Below, one piece after another: positions 1-12,439 of a stretch of DNA of 64,000 nucleotides. The DNA lies in the NCBI GenBank assembly GCA_028534125.1, contig CM052818.1:41418001-41482000 (forward strand). Reading direction: 5' to 3'. Within the stretch, counting starts at the first letter, position 1, and each line of letters starts with the position of its first letter. The position numbers and the translations under genes are program-made. The notes beneath the pieces are model-generated. The model did not search any database and was not told the origin of the DNA. It saw only the letters and a program-made list of their open reading frames with translations. The DNA comes from Lama glama. Lineage: Eukaryota.

Positions 1-929
1 CTCCCTCTTTTTCTCCCCAGTGAATGTCTGTCTGACACCTCAAGAATCTAGGTGCAGCCCCCAAAATTTACATTATTTGCATACAAATCAGATCCTCCAG
101 ATAATGAGTGCTAATTTGGAAGTGTCCCTAGAGGCAGGAAGGTCTTCAAAGGCCCTCAGAAGTCCCCTAAGAGGATTAACCCTTACCAGTGACTTGATTA
201 CAACAAAACTCTTCCAAGCTAGAAAATGACTCAGCGCCTCTGAGGGCCATATGCACAGTTTCCATCTCATTAACAAAAAGCTTAATCCTTTGAAGGAAAG
301 AGAGCTTTTTCCCCAGAAAACATTCTCTTCTCACACCTGTCCCTGAAATTGGATTGAACATCACCATACAAACTATACACATCATTTTCCAGAGCAAATG
401 ACCCTCATCCCCAACCTGGCAGGTTCAGAATTGTCTCCTTTTGCTATTCCAGTGATCTGATATTTTTTGGATCAAGGAGTAAACTGTAACTTGCAGAGTC
501 ACAGCTATTCAATTTTCAGAGAAGAGTTCCCCAAAAATTTCAGGAAAGGGAAACTAAACATCTCTAGCAAATGAAAATGCATGTCAAAGTCTCTTCATTA
601 GACTCTGAAGGACCATTCAGTGCCTTGCTGAGGGGTCTATTGCTTGAATCTACACTCAGGTCTGAAATAATGTTTACTGATGTCCAAATTCATAGCAGAA
701 AGTAAATTGAAAAATTGTAGTCAAAAGAGAAATTATGGGCACATGAGTGTATCAAGAGGAAATGTCATTGGAAGGAGTATGAAAGCAAAATATGACCAAC
801 ATAGGAGATCAAAAGCCGCAGCAGATAATGAACACTTTGTGCTGAGTGATCAGCCACACACGTCAGTCGCCCCCACGGTCACCGCCCAGATGTTGGGCAG
901 CACGAAGGTCGTTCAAGGCAAACGTTGAG

Positions 930-1830
930 AAAAGACCAATGTATAAATGATGCAGCCCCCACCATATCAAGATCTAGAACACTCCCATCACCCTGGAGGG
1001 TGTTCCTCCCCTGTCTCAAATCCCGACTGCCCTGATGTCCCACTGTGTAGATTGTGTAAATGGAATCACACAATATCGTATTCATTTGTGTTTGGCGTCT
1101 TTCGTGCAACATCATGTTTTTGAGGTGCGTTCACGTTGTTGTAGGTGTCATGTATCCTTACTTTTTTTGTTGCTGAATAAGTATTTCACTGTATGAATAT
1201 ACTACAGTTTGTTTCTCCACTTACCTATTGATGACCATTTCTATACAAGACATTTCATGGTCTTATGTTTTTATTTCTCTTCGTAAATATCTAGGGGTGA
1301 AACTACTGGGTTATATGATCGGTGTCTATTTAACTTTTAAGAAACTACCAGTTTCCAAAGCAATTATACCACTTTACATTCTCACTAGCAAGAGGCGAAA
1401 GTTCTCATTTCTTTATATCTTGTCCACGCTTAATATTGTTAATCTCTTTAAATTTTAGCCATTCTAGTGTGTGTGAAGTGATTTCCCATTGTGGTTTTAA
1501 TTTGCTTTTGCTTTTTGACTGGTGAAAGAGCAGGAGATTTTAATTTTGATGAAGTCCAATTTATCAATTTTTGTTCTTTTATGATTAGTGCTTTTTCGCT
1601 ACCTCAAGTTGCTAATAATTTTTTCCTCTCTTTGTCTGGAAATTATATACTTTTATTTTTTACATTTAAGTCTATGACCCATTGTCAACTATTACTACTT
1701 TTTGGCATGCTGGTCAGGGTTGTTTGTTTATTTGTTTGTTTCTTCAGGGTAAATATCCAGTTGGTTCTGGACCGGTTTTTGCAAAAAAAAAGTTCCTTTC
1801 CTTATTGAAACAGAGCTCTGTTGGAAACCA
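930..1830 (-). mobile_element. Old LINE-1 fragment (L1ME-type 3' UTR and ORF2 end)
   Basis: T-rich sequence with typical antisense L1M motifs (aatggaatcacacaatat..., ttagccattctagtgtgtgtgaagtg..., ttttaattttgatgaagtccaatttatcaattttt). Confidence 0.85.
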
Positions 1831-3810
1831 ATTGACCATAGCCTTCTGGCTCTTTTAAATTATAAAATATAAATATCAGCATGAACTCATACTATATTTT
1901 CTTCTTACAAAATAATATGTATTTCCTAGCTTTGTCAACTGGTAGGGCCTAAAAACAATAACTAACTCTGTAACAATGAACACCACTATTCAAATATTGG
2001 TATCTAAAAAGCATTTCACACCAAAAGAAACCAGAACAAACCTAGAAGAAAAAAAAATACAAGAAGATCCTGGAATACTTGTCATGCCAGAGAGTATGTA
2101 AGCTATTCAAGTTGTGTCAAAATGACAAAATAGCCAATTTCAAGAGGTTCTGTCTGGCCCCAAATGGACTAAGTCAGATATTATTTATATTCTTGCTCCT
2201 CTATAGGTAACGCATCTTGTTTCTCTAAATACTTTCAAGATTTTCCCTTTATCAATTTAACTATGACACGCTTACATTTGATTTCATTTGTATTTTTCCT
2301 GCTTTGAATTCAGTGTAATTCATGGATCTATATGTCAAAAATTTTCATCAAATGGCAGAAAGTTTCAGCTATTTTTTTTTCCAGTATTTTTTCTGCCCTA
2401 GTCTCACTCTTCTCCTCTTGGGGCCCCTATTACACCTATAATAAACAGTTTATGTTGTCCCAGAGATTCCCAAGGGTCCTTTCATTTTTTTTTAAATCTA
2501 TTTTCTTTTCTTTTAGATTAAGTAATTTCTATTGATCTGTCTTCAAATTCATTGACTCTCCAATCTGTTAAGCCCATCCAGGGTTTGTTTTTTTTTCCCC
2601 CTGATGCTCCTAACTTCAAGAATATTCATTTGGTTCCTTTTAAAATTTTTATTTCTCTGCTGAGATATTAATATCTTTTTATCTTTTATTTATTTTATTA
2701 ATTATTTTAATTAGTTAAAGCCATATTTCCCTTTTATTATGTTAATAGCTTTTCCCCTTTTGTTCTTTGAACTTTTTTAATAGTTGTTTTAAATACCATA
2801 TACTAAATCCAACAGCTAGAGCATTTCAGGGTAGATTTTTAGTGACTATATTCTTCCCTTGACTATGTGTTAAAATTTTCTAGTTCTTCACATGCCTGGT
2901 AATCCTTGGTTGTGTACTAGATTTTTTGAAAATATATAGTACAGATTCTGGATTCTGTAATTTTGTTTGTTGAATGTTGAATTTTGTTCTTACTGCAACA
3001 GTTCAAGTTCTGACTGATGACACTGAACTTGAGTAGACTTGGTTTTATGCCTCTGTTAGACAAAATCTGGGGAAGACTCGAGATCTTTCCCAACTTCCTC
3101 TAGCTTGGCGGGCCTTAACGCTCAAACTCTGCCTCTCCTGTAAATCTCATCAGGGTTTGATTTTAGTTTTGTTCTAGGTGGTTCTAAAATAAAAGTCTGA
3201 AAAATTCTTTTCTCTTGAACATGATTTTTGCTCCTAAGACATGGCCTTTATGATGTCCCAGGTAGATGCATATAGTGCTCATGAGATATTAATAATTTTG
3301 TCCATTCTGCTTAAACCAAAACTTCAGTGTTTCCCGAGCCCTGTCAGACCACTAGGCTATTTATTTTACTCTCAAATCCACAGCTGCCACTCTGGCAAAT
3401 ATCATAAAGTCTCTCCACATGCATGATCAGCCCAACCCTTAGCTAAGGGCTTCTGAGGACCCCTCCCACACACACAGCCTTCTGGCTTAGCCTTCACTCT
3501 CTACACCTTCCTCCTCCCCGGTCCCCTGCCCTAGAATTATAGCCATTTTAGTTGTCCTGAACTCAGCTCAGTACCTCCTTGGATCAGTGGGAATGCCATG
3601 CTCTGCTTGAAGATTTCTCACTATGCAGACAGCCAGGGCAATTACGGGCCTCGCTTCATGAGCTTCCCTTTTTTCATGGATTGGAGTGTTACAGTGCCTG
3701 CTGGGCAATGCTGGAAAGAGTTGCTTTGTCTGTTTTGTTCAGTTTTATTGTTGTTTACTTGGAAGGACTAGACCAGTACTGGTCATACCACCATCGTCAG
3801 AAGCCAAAGT
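1830..3810 (-). mobile_element. Degraded old LINE-1 fragments (L1MC-like 3' piece, then L1M ORF1/5' region)
   Basis: Antisense L1M motifs: tttcaagattttccctttatc, aaagtttcagctatt, tctattgatctgtcttcaaattcattgactct, ttcttcacatgcctggtaat. Confidence 0.75.
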
Positions 3811-4364
3811 CTTATGCAATTGCCTTTATTACTGTATCATAAGGATATGGAGCCTAAATTTAATTTCTGCTTTCCAGAAATATCCACAGGCAAAACATAC
3901 AGGTACTATTAAGTCCCAAAGGAATTCTGCACCATTAATAATAATTTTCTTAATAGATTAGGGTTATAATAATAAACCAATCACAATAATGATAATATTT
4001 AAACATCATTATCTGTTGGAGGTATTTTTTCAGCAAGATCATAAGTTAATGATGGAAAGAAAAATACTAATTACGTAGCCCTGAGGCCATTACCAAGGGT
4101 CTCTGGAGCGTAGCTTTTAGTCAGCTCCTTAAATCCACCTCCATTTTCCCTCCAACAACTAGGACTGGCCCAATCCTGATGGAAGCAGGAGCTGTCTAAT
4201 TTCAGTGCCCTATTTTCTTGCAAATCAGGTAATATGTATCATTCTTGAAGCTTGGGGATCAGAGAGTTAAGGTTAAGAGAATGTCTCGATCAGCCATTAC
4301 ACTCTCATCTAGTTGGGGAAAACGTCTGTGGAGCACCTTTTTAATGTGCAAATATGAGAAAGGA

Positions 4365-4522
4365 GAAAATATTCAGAAGAAAGGGAAGAAAGAAGGAAGA
4401 AAAAGAAGAAAGGGAGGGAAGGAAGGAGGAGGAAAAAGGGAAGCAAATAAAAGGGAAATAGAACAGAAAAAGGAAAAAGAAAGGAAAGGAAAAGAAAAAG
4501 GAAAAAGAAAGAGAAAGAAAAA
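4365..4522 (+). repeat. Polypurine (GAAA/GGAA-like) low-complexity tract
   Basis: About 155 bp almost entirely A/G. Confidence 0.9.
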
Positions 4523-5336
4523 TGGACCCCTGTTCTGAAAGATTTTGCTGATAAATAATTTCAGAATACCTAAATTGTAATGTCATGTGGTAAGACTGAT
4601 TACAAGGATAGAAGTGAAGTACCAGGGAGGTTGGGGAGAAAAGCCGCCAACTGCCTTACAAAGTAGAAGGCACACAGATAAAAGCAATGCTTAAAAAGAT
4701 ATGCGTGCAATGGGTGCAAATTTCACAGTTAAAACTTCTCACTGCTAAATATATTCCTTGCTTTATTTCTCTATAACTAAACTTAATTTATCTCAGGAAC
4801 CACCATTCCACTTTGGTAGAAGACAACTTAATCTTACTAATTCAGGAAACACTCAATCACTTCTGGCTTAGTATTGAATCTCTTGAGAAACCACTTAGTC
4901 AATTCAATATTTTCCTCTTCTTTTCTCCTTTCCTAAGGATGTGCCTCTGGCTGATTTAATTCCTAGGAATTTATTTTTATTTTCGAGCTTAGGTTTAAGT
5001 AGAGGGTTACTTATTATCCAAGAACTGAGGGGGAGACATCCGGCTGATAGCTATCAGATAGCTCTGTGTTGTCATCTTCTAAGATGAGCCAGCGCCCTTC
5101 ATCTATCCTTGCATTGTTGACAGAAAAATCTACGTTTCCGTTTGTTAACTGGTTACTCTGATTATGCGGGTCATCTTCCATCCCCCTGAACCCTACTCCA
5201 ATGTCTGTCCAGGTCTGATGGCATACCCTCAAAAATTTCTGTATCCTTCCCAGAGCATAGGCACACAAGAGTTTGGACATTCGCCTGCCCTGGACCGACT
5301 GTACAGTCTGTCACTGCCTTCAGGCTCATTCTGAAG

Positions 5337-5600
5337 CAGTGGAGTAGAGTGATTGAGAGTACAGATCCTGGAGTCATCCTTCCCGAGTTTGATTCCCAGC
5401 CCCATGAAGATCAGCTGTGTAACCTTGGTCACCCAACCCCTCAGTGTTGCATTTTGCTCATCAATGAAACAATGGTAACAGTATTCTTTATTTTATAGAG
5501 TTGTTTTGATAATGAAAGAAGGTGATAGATCCAGTGTGCTCAGAACAGAGTCTGCACAGAATGACTGTTGCATAAATGTCAATTTTATTATTGTTATTAT
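5337..5600 (+). mobile_element. MIR SINE, near full length, with (ATT)/(CAT/CAC) tail to ~5640
   Basis: tRNA-like head, core (agctgtgtaaccttgg...ctcagtgttgcattttgctcatc) and 3' tail. Confidence 0.85.
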
Positions 5601-6244
5601 TACTGTCATCAGCATCACCATCATCACCATCATTATCACCTGAGACATTTCACTCTGTGATTTCTACTCAAGCACCCAGTTGAACCAGGGTCTTAAATTA
5701 TAAGACTTGCAGTATCCTAAAAATATGTCATAGGAAATTAAAAATAACCAAAATTAGTTGGGTAACCAAAAATAGAAACCAGGCCATGTTTCTTTATACT
5801 TGGATTTATATCAGAGACTTTTTCAGGCTCATAGCAGCCTTTAAATTATACTTGTGTTCTTCAGATTTGCTCTTTCCCACTATCAGTATTCCTTTAGAGT
5901 TAAAAATTTCTCTTGCAGTATGTGGTATTTTTTTCTTCCAGCTAAACTTATGAGATAAACATGTTCTGGGTCCTAGAGCACTTTACCTTTGCCATTAAAA
6001 ACAAAAACAACAAAATCCACTTTTTCCTTCAAGAAAGCCTGGCTCTTGTATGCTTTGACCTTAAAGACTTGGATTTGCCATGGAACTTAAAGCCTATTTT
6101 TGTCAATCAAAGGTTGAGTATCAACTGTTTACTTCTCTTTGCATACCTGCTGTACAAATCTGCTCAGATAAGGATGACAGTGACCAGACAGCCAGAGTAT
6201 CACGTAAAGAAATGAAGGAAAGATTTGTAAAAGGTCATCTGAAT

Positions 6245-6628
6245 ATATTGTACTTGCCCCTCCAGACCCACCTTCCAAACTTCTCTGCCTTGCTCTGTGT
6301 CTCAGGACGCTGTTTTGTGGGCTGCATCAGCGGGCCCTCTTGCTCTCTGTCTGTTCTCTGCCAGTGAGATGAGACACTTGACTGAAGTCAAATCCTCTCC
6401 CACAGGGTGAATGCTCTCTCCCAGTTCTGGTGTCTGTTCCCTCCTCTTTCTCTTTCTGGCTCGGGGTCACAGTAACTGTCCACTCTTGCTAACAGCGAAA
6501 TACGTCACCACTCCTATTGGTTACCTTTAACCTCTCCACAGTGTTGTAAGTTGCCTCTTTATTAAGTACTTCCTAATTACCCCATTCAAATGGGCCCTCT
6601 GTTTCCTGCTAGGATATTGAGTGATCCA
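6245..6628 (+). mobile_element. ERVL solo LTR, LTR33-like
   Basis: ttgcccctccagacccac...ttctctgccttgctctgtg at the start and ctctttattaagtacttcctaattacccc...tgtttcctgctagga...tgatcca at the end, matching the recalled LTR33 consensus. Confidence 0.75.
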
Positions 6629-6649
6629 AAAGAAAATTGGAAATGTCAG

Positions 6650-7340
6650 GAAACAAGCAAACAAACTAACTGACCAAAAACATAATCACAGCTCTCTATT
6701 TATTGTGCCAAAAAAATTAAGATATTAATCATTTTAGATTTTAGATCAATCTTTAGGTAATTCACTAAAGACCTTATAATGGCAGCAGAATAAAAGATAA
6801 TATAACCAGCTATGAAATTTTTAAAGTAAGAGTAATCACTAGAGATTGAGAGGAAGGAGGAGAGGTAAGGGGAAGCCTAGAGCTGCTAATATCTAATCTT
6901 AATAAGTAACGAGGGTGAAGCAGTGTCTGTGATTGATGGCGAACAGACAAGAAGTGTGCGCGTACATTATTTAAAGTTATAAAGGTGACTAAAATAGAAT
7001 TAAAAATAGTGGAATAATGCTTTTCCGAGATGGGAAGAGGAAGGTGGAGAGAGGTATAAGTGAGCTAAATCCTCATTTCTCACAGCAGGAAATCGATAGC
7101 TCATGTCTAAATATGACAATCAAGAAAGAGAGGTTTGACTCTATTGTTTAGAGGTATGGAAATAATGACCAGGACAATGGTGGAAGGAAACAGTACGGAG
7201 CAGCTGTGTCTGGAGAACCATGCTGTAGAGGAGGAGGAAATGGGGGGAAAGATTATGGCTTTTCATCTAAGCTCCCCTCCGCTGTTAGGATATGGTTTTT
7301 CAAACTGTGTCTGTGCCTGAATTTGATTTAAGACATTAAT
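6650..7340 (+). mobile_element. Old LINE-1 3' region (L1ME3/L1ME4-like)
   Basis: A-rich, with motifs tattatttaaagttataaaggt and gagctaaatcctcat...gaaatcgatag typical of L1ME 3' UTRs. Confidence 0.65.
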
Positions 7341-9074
7341 AACCCTGAGGGATTGTGAAGACCAGGCATGGAGAGCGCCCACCCTCTTTGGCCAGGGTCT
7401 CACCCCAAGTTTGTGAGTCAGGTTGAGGAGAGAGCAGAGCAGAGACTTCTAGCGGCTCCTCTTTCTAGTTCCTAGGGAGGGAGGGTGATTGACCTTGAAT
7501 CCTGAGAAAGCTGGGCCCTGTGAGCTTGTCCTTGTGGCTCCTGGAGCTGGAGAAGGTGAGTCTCTGTTCCACTCATGTCTGATGCCTGATGCTGGGGGAC
7601 ATGCATCTCTTTGGCTCCAATGGAATGACAGCATTGGTTTTGTCATTTTTATACACGACTGAAAAACTGCTTCTCTGCCAGCCCCTCTCCTCCAGTCTCT
7701 TTAGGACAGCTGTTTCAAAACCCAGTTGGCATTATTGAAACTACGTGAGTGTCTGGTAGGCAAACTCTCTAGGCCCCCTGCCTTCCTCCCAGGGCCTTCA
7801 AGGCCAGCTTCTAGAGAACAAAGAAATCGGGACCCTTGGATCTCCAGTCCAGGCTTGGGATGAGAATATGGGTCTCAAATGAGGGTCAGTAAAGACTCAG
7901 ACTGCTCTGATTTCAGACTCGTCAGAGTCTGGAAGTTGCTGGTTTTGGGCTGAGCCTTTCTTCCACAAAAGGGTGAGGGCTCTCATGTGACACACAGGTA
8001 TGTCAGTGACAACCCAAAGCCAGCTTTTGCTTGAATCTCCTCATTTCCCAGTAGAAAACAGCCCATCTTCAGCCCATCATTCAGGGTCATTAGTAACATG
8101 GCCCCAGCCCTAATTTTACCACCCTCTTACTCACAGAATACACTCCTTTTCCCCAACAAACGTCTCATGCTTTCCCAAGTTCATTGCTTTGTGCCATTTG
8201 TTTTATCTGCAGTGTCTTCAGCTGAAACACAGCCTCCCCTTCCTTTGAGGATTAGCTAATAAGCCAGTCCCCCAGTGAGGCTTTTTTGATGCTCACAGAA
8301 AGTTGTCCCCCCACCTCTGGCTCCCACAGATCTTCGGCTGTCTCTCTCTCTCTTGTGGGTTGCTGGTTTTTCTTTATAGTCTAATGGCTCTTTGTGTGGC
8401 ATATCTTTGTGTGGACTACTCTCAATGCACCTTGAAGACATTCCCTTTAACAAAGTCTGCTCTACATCAATAAATATATTTGTAGCTATGAATTTTTGGC
8501 ATTATTCATTATAACTTTCTCACATACCTGGTCCAAGTTCAAACCTAGAATCTTTAATCCAGTGATCGTTTGGAGTGAGCAGGTGAACAACTCAAGCTGG
8601 GGCAGAAATTGTACCCAATTTTATTGATGTTTATTATAAGCTGTGTTGGGCCACATCGTGTATGATTACTGGGTTCAAGGAGCTCTTGAATTGTGCTCAA
8701 ATTGTGCTTTGATCTAATCAGTTGGTGCCATTAAATACTTTACCCTCCTTTACAGCAGCTTCTTTTTACATTTTTTTCCCCAGTTTTGACTGCATGTTAT
8801 GGACTTGTTAATCATCTCTTTTTCACTTAGGTCTTAATATTTTGTAATTTCTGTTTTATATCTTAACCAAATCATTATTTAGGAATGGGTCTTTTGAGAA
8901 ACTTTTAAGTTTTGTAGCAATGTTCAAAAATAAAAGAAGAAAGAGAGAGAAAAGGAGAGAAAAGAAAGAAAGAAATCAGAGATGATTGGATGCACATTCT
9001 AAGAGTTGCTGTATACATAGCATGTCTTTTAATTATAAAATTAATGCTCCCCTCAAATGCCTCTCACCCTCACC

Positions 9075-9620
9075 TTTTTTAAATTGAAATTTAGTTGATT
9101 TACAATGTTGTGTTAGTTTCTGATGTACAGCATAGTGATTCAGTTTTTTATATATATATATTTATATATTTTTTTCTTTGTAGACCATTACAAGGTATGG
9201 AATATAGTTCCCTGTGCTATATAGTAGGACCCTGTTGTTTATCTGATATATAGTAGTTTGTATCTGGTCATCTCAGACTTCCAGTTATCCTTCCTCCCCC
9301 TTCCCCTTTGGTAACTAAGTTTTTTGGGGTTTTTTTTTTCCCTATGCCTGGAACTCTGTTTCTGTTTTGTAGATAAGTTCATTAGTGTCATTTTTTAGAT
9401 TCCACATGTAAATGATATCATATGATATTTGTATCTCTCTGACCTACTTCACTTGGTATGATAATCTCTGGTTCCATCCATATTGCTGCAAATGGCATTA
9501 TTTCACTTTTTTATGGCTCAGTAGTAATCTACTGTGTGTGTGTCTATATGTGTGTGTGTGTATATATGTATCTATATCTCACACCACAACTTCTATATCC
9601 AGTCACCTGTCGATACACAT
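9075..9620 (-). mobile_element. 5'-truncated artiodactyl-type LINE-1 3' end with internal (TA)n/(TG)n
   Basis: T-tract, then attgaaatttagttgatttacaatgttgtgttagtttctgatgtacagcatagtgattcag...tagttccctgtgctat...ttttagattccacatgtaaatgatatcat. Possible degenerate TSD caccctcacctttt / cactttcacttttt. Confidence 0.92.
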
Positions 9621-10041
9621 CCACTTTCACTTTTTCTCACCACCTCAGCCCAGACCATCAGCTCCAGGGCTCAGCATGCTTTTTGCCAGTTCCCTTCACA
9701 CCTGTTCCACCCCACTCTTCACAGCTTGGTTCTGCTTCTCTCCACAGAGGCACGAGCACCTGAAGACTCCCACTCAAATAATTTGGAAGGATTGGAGTAT
9801 TAAAAGAACGTGTTCCATTTGAGCTCAGGGTGTTCTCTAGTTTTGTCGTTTTTCCCCCTTTACAGGAGGCAGGTCCTGGTAGTCCTGACCATTTCTGTGA
9901 TTCTTGTAAGCAGTCACCACTTGCTCCTGTTGCGGAGGACTCTAAAGGGCTGCCAACTGTGTCTTTTTAATGGTGTTTGTCTCACCACCCCTCAGGCTGT
10001 GGCAACCAGTCACCTTTCTCACTTGTTGATATCCTGTTCCT

Positions 10042-10541
10042 NNNNNNNNNNNNNNNNNNNNNNNNNNNNNNNNNNNNNNNNNNNNNNNNNNNNNNNNNNN
10101 NNNNNNNNNNNNNNNNNNNNNNNNNNNNNNNNNNNNNNNNNNNNNNNNNNNNNNNNNNNNNNNNNNNNNNNNNNNNNNNNNNNNNNNNNNNNNNNNNNNN
10201 NNNNNNNNNNNNNNNNNNNNNNNNNNNNNNNNNNNNNNNNNNNNNNNNNNNNNNNNNNNNNNNNNNNNNNNNNNNNNNNNNNNNNNNNNNNNNNNNNNNN
10301 NNNNNNNNNNNNNNNNNNNNNNNNNNNNNNNNNNNNNNNNNNNNNNNNNNNNNNNNNNNNNNNNNNNNNNNNNNNNNNNNNNNNNNNNNNNNNNNNNNNN
10401 NNNNNNNNNNNNNNNNNNNNNNNNNNNNNNNNNNNNNNNNNNNNNNNNNNNNNNNNNNNNNNNNNNNNNNNNNNNNNNNNNNNNNNNNNNNNNNNNNNNN
10501 NNNNNNNNNNNNNNNNNNNNNNNNNNNNNNNNNNNNNNNNN
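10042..10541. other. Assembly gap, 500 N
   Basis: Run of exactly 500 N, a placeholder size. Confidence 0.99.
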
Positions 10542-10544
10542 TGT

Positions 10545-10810
10545 CTGAACTCACATAGCACTTTCTGTCTGCGCCACTCGGCACTTACTGCCCGTGGGTG
10601 GCTTCAACACTTTCTGACTGGACCCTTACACCAACCTCCTAACTGGTTACATCCTGCCTGGACTCCGTCCCCACGCTCTGCAGAAAGAGTTTTGTAAAGC
10701 GCACATCTGATGATGTGTGTCCCTCACTTAAAATTCCACAAGCACTTCCCACTACCTCTGAGATCGAGTCCAAATGCCGCAGCATGCTCCCGCCCCTCCC
10801 CGGGGCTGCC
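10545..10810 (+). mobile_element. L2 LINE fragment
   Basis: cctcctaactggt...cctgcct...catctgatgatgtgtgtccctcacttaaaattcc...gagtccaaa, a typical L2 3' region. Confidence 0.65.
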
Positions 10811-11689
10811 CACATTCAAGTCACACCAAAGGACTCCTGAGGTTGTGTAATGAGGTGGTACCAAAGGTGGGGCAGGAACCCAGCTGAGGGTTCTTCCTAC
10901 AGTCCCAGACTCTCCTGGATCTAAAGCTGGACCACAGAGAAGATGACTAGGAGCAAATGGCACTGAACCGTGGCCAAGGTGAGAGAAATCCAGGCCAACT
11001 AAGTCCTTCGTCTTGATAAGCTTATACTGTAGTGACAACCAGCTAATCCAGCAAACAACCAGGTGGGAGAGCAGACATCTGCGGCTCAGACCTAAGAGAG
11101 TCCATGCTTTCTTCACAACAACAGTGAAGAGGAGATCTTCACAGCAGTGGAAACTGAGGCTTGCAGAAGTCACGGTTCATATCTGGACTAACGCTCCAGC
11201 CAGGACCCTACCTCTATGGGCCAGAATGGTGCATCCCACAGCCCAGTGGCCATCACTAAGCTGCAGCTCCAAGCATCTCACACTCAACACATCTGATGCT
11301 GAGAAATGGCGCTTACTTAGTTCCTGCCTAAGAGTTCATTCTGCACAGGAGAGCCTCTTGATGAGCTCCTGCTACCCTTTAGATGGAAAGATTGTGAAAC
11401 TGGATGGCTGTTTAACAGAAGAGGGAGAAAATCCCACTCTAACTATTCCATACTTATCCAAAGAGTCAGTGGTCACACACCCTCACCAGGCTAGTGCCCC
11501 CCCCACAGCACCTGACAGTAATAACTGTGTGCGTTTATGGGGGAAAGCGTGGAAAAACAGGGTGCAGCAGAGAGCAAGGCTCATATCTAGACAGAAGCGC
11601 ATGTGGATCCAATGGCAGCCTGGAGCCAGCGGGCGCCAGATGCAATTACATGCATCTCTTCCCAACTTCATATTCGGTGAGGTCTTGTA

Positions 11690-11810
11690 ATTAAAAATCA
11701 GCCATGTGGGAATGTTTACACCATGGAAATTGGCGAACACGCCTAATCAGGTCTGTTTTGTTTTTCTTTTTCCCCAGAGAGTCAGTTACTAAATATTTTC
11801 CAGCCATCAT
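11690..11810 (+). mobile_element. MER63-type hAT DNA transposon fragment
   Basis: aaatcagccatgtgggaatgtttacaccatggaaattggcgaacacgc...aatcagg...agagagtcagttactaaatattttccagc. Confidence 0.75.
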
Positions 11811-12042
11811 TCAACGGGTCCCATGAGAAGCCACTGAGTTGGGACAATAGGTTTAAATTGTAGCCATAGCTCTGCCCTCAACTCACTGTTTGACTTGGGC
11901 AAGTTTTTTTCCCATCCTGGCCCTCAATTACCTTAACAGTAAAAGGGGAGCAAAAAAAAAAAAAATCCTTGCTTTCACGACACACACCTATATAAAATAG
12001 GACCATGGATGTAAGGGCATTTTGATAAGTGTGAAGCTATGA

Positions 12043-12224
12043 GGACATGCTTGGCAATGTCTGTAGACATTTTTGGTTGTAACTGGAGGGTGTGTGGTGC
12101 TACTGGCATCTCATGTGTAGAGGCCAGGGAAGCTGCTAAACATCCTACTATGCACAGGAGACCCCCCCACAACACAGATTTGTTTTGTCCAAAATGTCAG
12201 TAGTACCAAACTTGAGAAACCCTG
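12043..12224 (+). mobile_element. MER20 (hAT-Charlie), 5'-truncated
   Basis: ttggcaatgtctgtagacatttttggttgt...gtgctactggcatct...gtagaggccagggaagctgctaaacatccta...ttgagaaaccctg. Confidence 0.92.
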
Positions 12225-12403
12225 ATCTAAAGATACTGGCCCACTCAAGTTCCCTGAACACATTAGCATCTGGGAGAAAAATAAAAGCAACTTGGGTCAG
12301 TTCGCAGGAACCCTGGAAGGCCGTTGGGTGCGGAACCTTGAAACATGTGCTATGGGGCAGCAGCGCAAGAACACGGCAGACTTCCTGCCCTAACGCAGTG
12401 CCC

Positions 12404-12439
12404 GGCACGCAGTAGGTGCTTGGCACGCAGTAGGTGCTT
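12404..12439 (+). repeat. Perfect 18-bp tandem duplication within an L2/MIR 3' tail
   Basis: ggcacgcagtaggtgctt x2. Confidence 0.95.

Noticed and set aside
5014..5280. 88-aa minus-strand ORF with a protein-like acidic C-terminal half
   Set aside because: No family recognised and no convincing flanking splice sites. A tBLASTn or PhyloCSF check could overturn this.
9810..10697. Long ORFs over the first gap (likewise 46633-47363 over the second)
   Set aside because: Artefacts of translating N runs.
11013..11690. 225-aa plus-strand ORF
   Set aside because: TTG start, no recognisable homology or exon boundaries, and antisense to the inferred gene.
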